Of a stretch of DNA of 64,000 bases, positions 53,247 to 64,000 are shown one piece after another (within the stretch, counting starts at the first letter, position 1; each line of letters opens with the position of its first letter). The stretch is from Octopus vulgaris (Eukaryota). The notes under the pieces are model-generated. The model had not been told where the DNA came from, searched no databases, and saw only the letters and a program-made list of their open reading frames with translations. Position numbers and translations under genes: made by a program. The DNA lies in contig OX597832.1 in the NCBI GenBank assembly GCA_951406725.2, forward strand, positions 29,140,001 through 29,204,000, written 5' to 3'.

Positions 53247-55082
53247 TATATATGTGCGTATGTATATATATATATGCACAAACACACATATATTTAGCTT
53301 ACTGTTCTGTTAAGGTAAGAGCAACAAAAGAGGTACTCTACCCAGTGGGAGATAAATATCATTGAATGTAGACAGTTTGAAGAATACAAATTGTTATTAG
53401 TTTCTTGCTGTGAAGACACGTGTCTAGGTAGGTTTTTATAACATGAAGATTGCTTGGTGACACGAGGTATGCTGTTAAAAACCTGCCTAGACCCTCATCT
53501 CCAAGCAGAAAACTCTTCATAGCTCTTATATCGTGTCCATTTAATGCTGTGCAGATGTAAAGACGCATAAATACAGAAAACCTGTGAGTAAGTGCACATA
53601 AGTCGAACTGCTAACGGAATAACAAGAAATAATGTGTTAGATTGAACTAAATGTTTTCATAATTTGTTGTTGAGGGTGGTGCTAGCCTTGGTCTTTTACA
53701 GCAGTGTTGTCATGGTTAGACTCTCTATTATACTCATTACACACACACACACACACAAGTATTAAAACAATACATCTTACCTGTTACACACACACACACC
53801 ATATGCACATGCAAACGCATTAGTCATAGCACCATTTTTCCCTGTTGCATAACACACGCATCAGTCATAGCATCTTGCGTCTCATCCACCATCACACACA
53901 CACACGCATCTGTTGTGCGGTGTGAGTAATGATGGTGAGAACCAAGAGACCGTCTTTTTCCAGCAGCTGACAGACAAGCGTCGGCAGGGGTGGATGTGAG
54001 GGGGGGACACAGACATGGACGCATGGATTTGCATATCAATAAATGCATACATACATACGTGTGTGTATGTGTGTGTGTGTGTATATATATATATATACAT
54101 ACACACACATACTCAAGTGTGTGTGTAAAGTACTGTTGCCGACATGGTGGCATTTCTGCATTGTGTGAATGTGTGTGTGTATGTGTTCTAAATGACTAAG
54201 CCCTTTTGAATGTGTGTGTGTGTGTGTATAGTGCATATGCCTTTATATATAGAATGTGTATGTATTTATTGCTGCATATTGCATATTATAAAACCCAGTC
54301 ATGCGTGAAAATGGAGGTGGCTGCAGCCACCAGAACGAAACAGATTTTACGAGAGGGGAGAGGGGTGGTGTTGGTAGTGGTGGTGAGGGGCAAAGACAAA
54401 ATGAAAAATGAGAGAGAGAGAGAGATGCGTGACCATTGTTCTGCTGCCAGATTACAATTGGTCCGGGTGGGGGTGTTTGCATTTGATCAAATAAAAATTC
54501 ACTCGAATACATTGAGAATGTTTTTTTTTATTCAAAACTTTATTCTTTACATTCTAACGTTTTTTTTTTTGTGTGTGTGTTCCAATTGACCAAAAAAAAA
54601 ACCCAGCTGCCATAAAGTCAAAGCTATTTGTTCCAAACCAGTCATAATCCACCCCTCAACATATTGTTAGCACCCAAACCCCAACCCTCCGACAAATCAC
54701 ATAACGATTCTTTGTCCTTTTTTTTTTTTTGTCTTATTCTCATATTTTTTTAATATAAATACATTAACGCAGCCATTAATCATGGCAAACTATAAGTATT
54801 GTTAAAGGGTTAACCATTGGACGAGACATCAAACCTAGTTTCAATGCAGACATCTCTGACACCTCAACCCTTTTGCTATCACCAATGTTCATCACTTCAA
54901 TCTCTCTCTCTCTTCTTACTTTTTACTTACTCATTGTGTGTGTGTGAGTCATCTCTTTTTATAATGTTCCATTATATATTTGGTTCTTCAGTTTAAGGGG
55001 CTGTCAGGATTCTAATTTCATTATTTCATTTTAATGCCGTTTACTCGTCTATCCACTTGATATCTATTATATACACACACAC

Positions 55083-55457
55083 AGGCGCAGGCATGGCGGT
55101 GGAGTAAGGAGCTTGCTTCCCAACCACATGGTTCCGGGTTCAGTCCCACTGTGTGACACCTTGAGCAAGTGTCTTCTACTATAGCTTTGGGTCGGCCAAA
55201 GCCTTGTGAGTGGGTTTAGTAGACGGAAACTGAAAGAATCCTGTTGTGTGTGTGTATGCATGCGGGTTTGTCTTCCTGCCATCGCTTGACAGCCGATGTT
55301 GGGGTGTGTTTACGTCCCCATAACTTAGCAGTTCAGCAAAAGAGACTGATAGAATAAATACTAGGGTTACAAAGAATAAGTCCTGAGGGCGATTTGTTCG
55401 ACTAAAGGTGTTGCTCTAGCATGGCCACAGTCAAATGACTGAAACAAGTAAAAGAAT
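55083..55457 (+). mobile_element. SINE family A
   Basis: Family match. Confidence 0.9.
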
Positions 55458-56461
55458 ACACACACACACACTCATACACACACTCACACTCCACACGCAC
55501 ACACTCATACACACACAAACTCTCTTACACACACACACACTCTCTCTCATACGCACACAAGTACCTAAATCACATGATGAGGAAATTGGAAATTCAGAAG
55601 AACTTGATGCTTGTTTATTTACAGAGGAAAATACAATTTAATATTATCATCATCGTCATCATGTAGGTTTCCTCTGCTGGTACAGAGACAAGTGAGTTGC
55701 CACAATCTGAGCCAGTTTTTTTATTCAAGGTCATTACCTCCCCGCCTCCCCATTCCCAGATGGATCTGAGGGCCACGTCTCATCCTGCTTTCAATGTTCC
55801 ATCATTGGCTTGGTAGTCTCTATGACTAGATGCCTTTCCTAAGCTCAACTGCTTCACAGAGTCTCTGCCAGGTACATTTTACCATGGTAGCCAGCACTGT
55901 GGGGGTGGCCTGGAAATCAGTAAATTAGGGAGTTACAGCTTCTGTACAGTGATTTCATTTAAGATAGTACCACAAACATGATGAAGTGGATGGGGGGTGA
56001 GGGGAGAGTATGATGACGGAAATTCTGATTGGAGTGAGAGGGAGTTATGGGAGAGATGGAGAGCGAATATGATGAGAGATACGGTGATGGTAAGGGAGAC
56101 AGAGGGGGGAGGAAGAGAGAAGAGATAGCAGATTGAGGCTAAACAGGGCTACATTGGGCACTGGGTCCACATGTTAGTGGTGGTGAGGCAGCTGCAGAGA
56201 GCGCATTAATGGGGAAATATATTGGGAGTCCCTGCCTCGCTTTTATTGTTTACTACGACAGGGCAGTTTGTTTCAGTTGTTATGAAGCCTCTTCAGGGAA
56301 TGTCATTCATCGAAGAAGGTTTATGAGAGCCAAAACAAACTACGTTTATATAAATCAGGTTTAGTTATCATATTAGTTATAGAATGGGGCTTCTAGGTTT
56401 TTATCTGAGGATGGTGGATTTATGCTATGATATAATCTATAAATGCTACCAAAGCTGCTGT

Positions 56462-56498
<37 letters not shown>

Positions 56499-56697
56499 TC
56501 AATCCAAAGAAGAACAAGCAAGAAAAAACAACACAAGGATGCGGTGTACAAGTGCTCTGGTATTGGGTGCTGAGGAAAGGAAAGGAAAGAAAGAGGATTT
56601 CGTGTTTCAAGTGGAGCTCTTCATCAGAAATATAGAAAATAAATCCCAAAAAGGAAAGACAGAAAGAAAATCGCCAATGATACACACACACAGTGAA

Positions 56698-56850
56698 GCA
56701 GCTGTGTGGTAAGTAGCTTGCTTACCAACCACATGGTTCCAGGTTCAGTCCCACTGCGTGGCGCCTTGGGCAAGTGTCTTCTATAACTGCGGGCCGACCA
56801 AAGCCTTGTGAATAGATTTGGTAGACGGAAACTGTAAGAAGCCCGTATTG

Positions 56851-56899
<49 letters not shown>

Positions 56900-57071
56900 T
56901 TGTCCCCCCCCACCATCGCTTGACAACCAATGCTGGTGTGTTTACGTCCCCATAACTTAGCGGTTTGGCAAAAGAAACCGATAGAATAAGTCCTGGAATC
57001 AATTTGCTTGACTAAAGGCGGTGCTCCAGCATGGCTGCAGTCAAATGACTGAAACAAGTAAAAGTAAAGAG
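56698..57071 (+). mobile_element. SINE family A
   Basis: Family match. Confidence 0.9.
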
Positions 57072-57089
57072 TATATATATATATATATA

Positions 57090-57625
57090 GGTTATAAAAT
57101 GAGATAGGGGTTGAAAATTCAACCCACCATGGGATAATATATATCCAATATACTGCTAGATAGGTACCCAAGATTTCGATCTTGAAAGGATGGACTTGGT
57201 GCTAACTTAACTGTATCTATTTTTCCTTTTTTTTATAAAAAAAACTATTAGCCAAATATGTATAATATCGGTACTTATTAATATTAATATATACAATGTT
57301 ATATATTTTGTTTTATTTTGTTCTGTTTACCTTTTTGTACAAATGTGTATTATATTATATAAGTGTAGCATATGATGTAAGTTTTATATTTTACATTTTT
57401 ATATTTTTATATTTATATGTTATGATTATATAATATTTTCACTATTATAACAAATTTAATTTAATTCTCTGAAGAGCCGTGATCCTTGTAATGCCTTTTA
57501 TACTCCTTATGGCTTAGGTTAAGTAATTCTCAAACAGCTGTCAGTTTTGATTTATTTCATATATTTGATTTTTACTTATATCTCTTTATCTTTTACTATT
57601 ACTGTATACCTCATTTCATTTTATA
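57090..57625 (+). mobile_element. AT-rich Penelope-like remnant with decayed hammerhead core
   Basis: CTGAAGAG at 57469 ... aaACAGCTGTc at 57532-42 (palindromic stem III, GUC); begins in (TA)n. Confidence 0.5.
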
Positions 57626-57694
57626 TATTGCCTTTACTCATATGAATATAAAGTATGGATTGTATCATGGATAGTTGATGTTTTACTGATTTAA

Positions 57695-57727
<33 letters not shown>

Positions 57728-57731
<4 letters not shown>

Positions 57732-58080
57732 GGCATGGCTGTATAGTAAGCAGCCTGCTTCCCAACCACATGGGTCTGGGTTCAGTCCCGCTGCATGGCA
57801 CCTTGAGCAAGTGTCTTCTACTATAGTCTTGTGCCAACCAAAAGCTTTGTGAGTAGATTTGGTAGACAGAAACTGAAAGAAGCCCATTTATGTGTGTGTG
57901 TGTCTTTGTGTCTGTGTTTATGTCCCTGTAACCTAGCAGTTTAGCAAAAAGGGACTGATAGAATAAGTAGCAGGCCTAACAGAAAAGTAAGTGCTGGGGT
58001 CAATTCATTCACCCTAAAATAAATTGTTTGAGGTGCTGCTCCAGCATGGCTGCAATCTAATGACTGAAAGAAGTAAAAGA
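57728..58080 (+). mobile_element. SINE family A (older variant)
   Basis: Family match. Confidence 0.85.
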
Positions 58081-58676
58081 TACACACACACACACACATT
58101 CATGTCTGTGTGCATGCACACACACAAACACAAATACCAGTATTACACAGGCAACTGCACTCACCGCAAGTCAATGAGGGAACTTTCTTTATGGTCACAT
58201 GACTGCTAGAAATAGCAGCCACATTTCTCTCACATCACACCCTATGGTATTACAAAAGGGACAACACATTTAATAATGTGGTCTGAAACATTATATCTGA
58301 AAGAAAAAAAAAATGGATGGGATGGGATGGTCCTGGTCGGAATGTCTTTTTTTATCATGGGTCCACCCTCCTATCATGAGTAATTCCATGCTAAACAACA
58401 ACAGCGGTCACTATTCATAAAGTTATTTTCATCACCACTGTTGCCCCCACCATAGCCTATACTGCAACATCATGCACCACTCCCAGCATGTGATGCATAC
58501 TGTATATATATATATATAGGTGCATTGTATACACACCACTTAACTATCACTTCTATATACACCACCACTACCATAACCTATACTGCAGCATTATACGCAC
58601 AAAACTACTCTCGTATCATTACTTAACACTGCAAACATGCCTTACACACACTCGATATATATATATATATATATAT

Positions 58677-58856
58677 ATTTCTTTATTGCCCACAAGGGGC
58701 TAAACATAGAGGGGACAAACAAGGACAAAGGGATTAAGTCGATTACATCGACCCCATTGCGAAACTGGTACTTTATTTATCGACCCTGAAAGGATGAAAG
58801 GCAAAGTCAACCTCGGTGGAATTTGAACTCAGAACGTAACGACAGACGAAATACTG

Positions 58857-58857
<1 letters not shown>
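58677..58857 (-). mobile_element. SINE family B body
   Basis: Family match. Confidence 0.88.
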
Positions 58858-58904
<47 letters not shown>

Positions 58905-60271
58905 TACACACACATGTATATAAATATATAACACAAATATATGTATCTCCATGCATATATATATTTATATATGTGTGTATATAAACATACATACAAATGT
59001 ATGTGTCTTCATGCATATACATACATACATATATACATATGTGCATACGCTCCACCTAACTGTTACTTGTGATAGACCACCTGACCACCACGTACTACAA
59101 CCCACACTGCCTCACCACCACCTACACTACATACAATACCCGTACAATAAAGGTAAGCACAGCTGACCTTGAACACATCCAGCTGAGAGCAAATGTCTGT
59201 TTGTCTCTCAACTCCACTTTAAGCTTGGTAGTAGTAGTAGTAGTAGTAGTAGTAATAATAGAAGTAATATTAGTGGTGGTGGCAATTCTAGCAGTTTCCG
59301 TTGCTATGGTGATGAAAGCAATGCTATTATTATTGTTGTTAGCAGTGGTGGTGGTGGTGGTGGTGGTGGCGGAGATCCAGTGCAAGTTTACTGACCTGTG
59401 GCAATTCTGTCCTCTTTTGCGAAAAACTAATCTTAAGAACTGGCATGCATGCCTTGTGTGTGTGTGTGTGTGTGTATGCGTGTGTGTGTGTATGCATGAG
59501 TATGTATGCGTGTGTGTGCATGCGTGTGTGTGTGTGGAGTGTGTATGCATGTGTGTATGTAGACACGTTTGTGGTGTGTGTATGCATGAGTATGTATATG
59601 TGGTATGTATGCGTGTGTGTGTGTGCATGCAGGTGTGTGTATGTATACATGTATTTGTGGTGTGTGTATGTGTACATGTATGTGTGTGTATATGTATATC
59701 ACAAAGCTGGAACGGACTCAATACAAGTGTAAGAGTTGAGAACATTTTAGATTTAAAGCTGGCAGGAAATTTAGTTTCAACAGTTGCTTGTTTGTCAAAC
59801 ACACACACACACACATACATGTGTATGTTTGTTTTTGTGTACGTATAAATGCATGCATTTGTATATTCACACACACACACACACAGTAACATGCTTGCGT
59901 GTGTGTGTGTGTTTGCACTGATAAACTAAACTTTTATCAATTCCTAAAACTCTGAGACTGTTATCAATGCTTTTGCTCCAACCATTCCACCACCACCACC
60001 AGCACAGTAAGTCTGCTAGGTCACCCTCACCTCCACCTTGATAACCTGTCCCTTCCACAGCCCTCTCTCTCCCCTTCACCACCCCTCTTCCCCTTCATTT
60101 TCTTCCCCCCAACCTCCCCACTTCACTTTCAGTCATGGTGGTTAACCTGAGGCTATAGAAGAAGACACATGACTCAGATGCTGTGTATGAAGATTGAACT
60201 CTAAACCATGGGGTTGCACAGTCAAATTATTAACTTACCAGCCTGTCGCTATTTTGCTTATACATACATAC

Positions 60272-60316
<45 letters not shown>

Positions 60317-60325
60317 TATATATAT

Positions 60326-60845
60326 TCTTTTACTCTTTTACTTGTTTCACTCATTTGACTGTGGCCATGCTGGAGCACCGCATTTAGTCGAGCAAATCGA
60401 CCCCAGGGCTTATTCTTTGTAAGCCTAGTACTTATTGTATCGGTCTCTTTTGCCGAACCGCTAAGTGACGGGGATGTAAACACACCAACATCGGTTGTCA
60501 AGCGATGGTGGTGGGGACAAACGCACACACACACACACACACATACACAAATATATGTACAATAGGCTTCTTTCAGTTTCTCTCTATGAAATCCACTCAT
60601 AAGGTTTTGGTCAGCCTGAGGGCTCTCGTGGAAGACATTGGCCCAATGTGCCACGAATTGGAACTGAACCCAGAACCATGTGGTTGGGAAGCAGACTTCT
60701 TACCATGCAAACTGCTTTCTTTTAGTTTCTCCTCTACCATTTTAACTCAAAAGACTTTTGGTTAGCCCAGAGCTGTTGTAGTAGAAGACACTTGACCATG
60801 CTGCCATGCAGTAGGACTGAACCTGGAACCATGTGATGAGGAAAC
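60326..60845 (-). mobile_element. SINE family A plus an additional head fragment
   Basis: Family match. Confidence 0.85.
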
Positions 60846-60972
60846 AAACTCCTTAAGCTCTCCCCGCCTCCCCACACCCAATCCTATATTTTTGAGCTTT
60901 GGTCAGAACAAGGCCTACATTGTAAGGAGAGGTCAGTACTTGAAGAAGTGGAGTGTCTTTTGAGCATGAGTG

Positions 60973-61007
60973 GTTTCTTGGTAACGATTTCCTGTAGCCA
61001 TGGCAAC
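60973..61007. promoter_or_regulatory. Paired RFX X-box motifs
   Basis: GTTTCTTGGTAAC (60973-85) and GTAGCCATGGCAAC (60994-61007) fit or nearly fit GTNRC(C/N)N0-3RGYAAC. Confidence 0.45.
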
Positions 61008-61646
61008 AATTCGATCTGCTGTTTTGCTTCCAGTTTATTGGAATTTATTTTTTCTTTGTGTTGGTTGTTAGTAGGTGAGAATGGTCGACATAAAGGAACT
61101 TGAGGAATGTAAGGCCACGTGTGTTAGATGTAAAACTGTCTCAGACAAAAAAAAAAAATTAGGAACTCACTACATTGGTAGATTAACAGTTTTATTCTTG
61201 GGGCTGTTTGAATATTCCGAAGTCCATACATGATGGAACAAGATCTTGTGGAATATTCCAATACCCAGCAGAAAATTGGCACACACTCACAACACACACA
61301 CATACACACACTATATCTATACACATTCAAACACATTTACCTGTCTATTTTTCTCTCTCTCTTCACGTGTGTGTATGTGTGTGTATACATACGTATGTAT
61401 ACAGTGTTGTTTTGCTAAAATAACTCTTGTGAATGCCAAACCAAATAAATTAAACCAAAATAAGAAAAAAATCCCATGAAACCTTTCCCAGAAGTCCACA
61501 TTCTGTTGGCTGGCGCTAAATAGCGTTAAACAGATGGTAAGTTTCTCACAGAATGAATTTGAGAACTGGAAACCAACGCAAACATCAATTTTTGCTATCT
61601 TGTCGCTGTTTACTTGTGATAAATTATTTATTATATTACATCAGTT

Positions 61647-62196
61647 GGTACCCATTTACAGCTAGGTTGACTGAGCTGGACACATTGCAGTGTGGTACCT
61701 ATTTACAGCTAGTTAGACTGAGCTGTTGAATAAAGCCAACTTTGAACGTGGACACAATTCAGTGACAACCTTACTGTTTTGCGGTACCTCCTGACAGCTA
61801 GGTACACTGTACCATTCTGTGGTACCTACATACCTCAAGATTGCACCATCATATGTTACAGCTAGGAAGACTGTATCATCTTGGGGTGCCCACTTAAAAA
61901 TATACCTATTTCTTTACTACCCACAAGGGGCTAAACACAGAGAGGACAAACAAGGACAGACAAATGGATTAAGTTGATTATATCGACCCCAGTGCGTAAC
62001 TGGTACTTATTTAATCAACCCCGAAAGGATGAAAGGCAAAGTCAACCTCGGCGGAATTTGAACTCAGAATGTAGCGGCAGACGAAATACCGGAAAGCATT
62101 TCGCCTGGTGTACTAACTAACGTTTCTGTCAGCTTGCCGCCTTTTAACTGGATTATACCATTCTGTGGTACCTGCTTACAGCTGGGTGGCCTATGC
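61647..62196. repeat. Degenerate tandem array of ggtacc-N-ttacagctagg-N-gactg, interrupted by a family B SINE (61903-62142, -)
   Basis: Motif at 61647, 61694, 61783, 61821, 61856 and 62167. Confidence 0.75.
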
Positions 62197-62744
62197 TAAT
62201 GAGGTTCATTGTGTTAGCCATAGATAGAGTGGTGGTGTTGATATAACAAGCTTACTGCTGACTTCTCTGTTTGTTGCTAGTTGACCGATCCACTGGACAT
62301 TTGTAAATCCCCAACAGTTTTAAACCCCAGTTTGATTCAACAACAAACCTTGCAACATTTCTGCCTTTCTAGAAAGGCATGCTGCAAATTGGTGTCTTGT
62401 CACGCAGTCTCTTTCTTTTCTTCTCCAGGCACAAGGCCCGAAATTTTTTGGGGAGGGGAGCCAGTTGATTAGATTGACCCCCAGTATGCAACTGGTACTT
62501 AATTTATCGACACCGAAAGGATGGAAGGCAAAGTCAACCTCGGGTGGAATTTACCTCTTTATCTTGCTGCATGTGTCTTGTATGTTGTAGTTGTAACGTC
62601 TTAAGGTTGTGATAAATAGCAGTCAGGGATTCTCCATAGTTTCCTCTATGTTGCAGTACAACAAACTATGTGATAAAGTTAAATGGTAAGAAAATTGTAA
62701 ATATGGATATGCACACACACACACACACACCAATACACAGTCAC

Positions 62745-62770
<26 letters not shown>

Positions 62771-62775
<5 letters not shown>

Positions 62776-62912
62776 GTGTGTGTATATATATCACCGTGAT
62801 CACCGTGACCGACCAGGCTATCAGATGTAGTTACACATCGCTGGTCACAATGCGTTCGCATTGTTTTAGCCTTCGAACGACGCCACCCCGCTGGCTAAGT
62901 GAGCAGGCCAGT
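62771..62912 (+). mobile_element. Structured GC-rich insert in (TA)n, possible PLE fragment
   Basis: gtgacc..ggtcac and ttagcc..ggctaa stems; CpG-rich against a CpG-poor background. Confidence 0.45.
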
Positions 62913-62915
62913 GTG

Positions 62916-62966
<51 letters not shown>

Positions 62967-62994
62967 CACCATCATCATCATTTTTATCATTATT

Positions 62995-63160
62995 TAACGT
63001 CTGTTGCCCATGCTGGCATGGGTTGGATGGTTTGACCAGAGCTGGGAGGCTGCTCCAGACTCCAGTCTCATTTGGCATGGTTTTCTACGGATGGATGCCT
63101 TTCCTAACACCAACTGCTCCAAGAGTGTAATGGGTGCTTTTACATGCACCACCGGTATCT
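62995..63160 (-). mobile_element. SINE family C
   Basis: Family match. Confidence 0.8.
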
Positions 63161-63327
63161 GCCACGACTGCAATTTTGCTCAGTTTGATGGGTCTTCTTC
63201 TCAATATATACATATATATATTATTCTTAAACAAAAACATTAAGGATAAATTTGTACAGTTACAAAAGCTTAGAGTAACCTATCAGATTAATGTAGAATA
63301 GTTTTTAGGATGACTAGACATAAGAAC

Positions 63328-63328
63328 A

Positions 63329-63371
<43 letters not shown>

Positions 63372-63485
63372 TACATATGTATATGTCTGTATATATATAT
63401 ATATATATATATATACATAAATGTATATATATGTATATATATAAATGTATATATATATTATATATATGTGTATATAGATATATAT

Positions 63486-63524
<39 letters not shown>

Positions 63525-63632
63525 GTATATGTATATATATGCATACATATATGTACATGTTGTATATGTATATATAATATATATGTATATATATATATAA
63601 ATGTATATATATGTAGATATGTATGTACGTAT
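63328..63632. repeat. (TA)n-rich tract
   Basis: Directly visible. Confidence 0.95.
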
Positions 63633-64000
63633 GCCCACATACACATAAACACAAACCACACACACCCAGATATCCTCACCTAATTATACATAATTATGCT
63701 ACCACAACCTACACACGCACCCACATACATGTGCTGTTAACACACAGATGTATAAAGCACTCACACATTCTCACATATACACACGCATTATAATAATACC
63801 CATTACAACTGCCTAATCACACATTACTACAGTTGTATGTATACACACGTGCTACCAATATATGCATTCATATTATATATATACACACAATGCACATGCT
63901 TGCACGCACACGCATGTACCCTCTCTCTCCACCCAGCTCTGTTCCACCCTTAAACACTCTCTGCTCTATCATTAAATACTTACACCCAATACAAATCATT

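Noticed and set aside
59069-59892. Paired 259/256-aa ORFs
   Set aside because: Made of (GTA)n, (GGT)n and (TG)n low-complexity sequence.

Overview
Eukaryotic, AT-rich, microsatellite-saturated genomic DNA. The SINE and microsatellite landscape strongly suggests an octopus (coleoid cephalopod); this is inferred from remembered repeat families, not a database search. Almost all ORFs in the supplied track are microsatellite artefacts. The one convincing protein-coding feature is the first coding exon (22990-23176, +) of an unidentified signal-peptide protein. It has a GC-rich, YY1-type start and a phase-1 donor, and no downstream coding exon could be recognised in the remaining ~41 kb. The rest is transposon-derived: three abundant SINE families (one forming head-to-tail multimers with a constant junction), rarer tRNA-derived SINEs, a truncated mariner, a maT (DD37D) relic, a Helitron, several MITEs, LINE relics and many Penelope-like (PLE) fragments sitting in (TA)n tracts. 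The most interesting signals are RNA-structural: a near-canonical minimal hammerhead ribozyme (45196-45247) plus several degenerate or variant cores, PLE-type fold-backs, two unique-looking hairpins with + strand G-U bias (53399-53514, 56265-56341) and an inverted SINE pair. A CpG-decay boundary near 34 kb, an RFX X-box pair and candidate antisense exons are also noted. Repeat boundaries are read by eye and approximate; nothing here proves a wholly new system.
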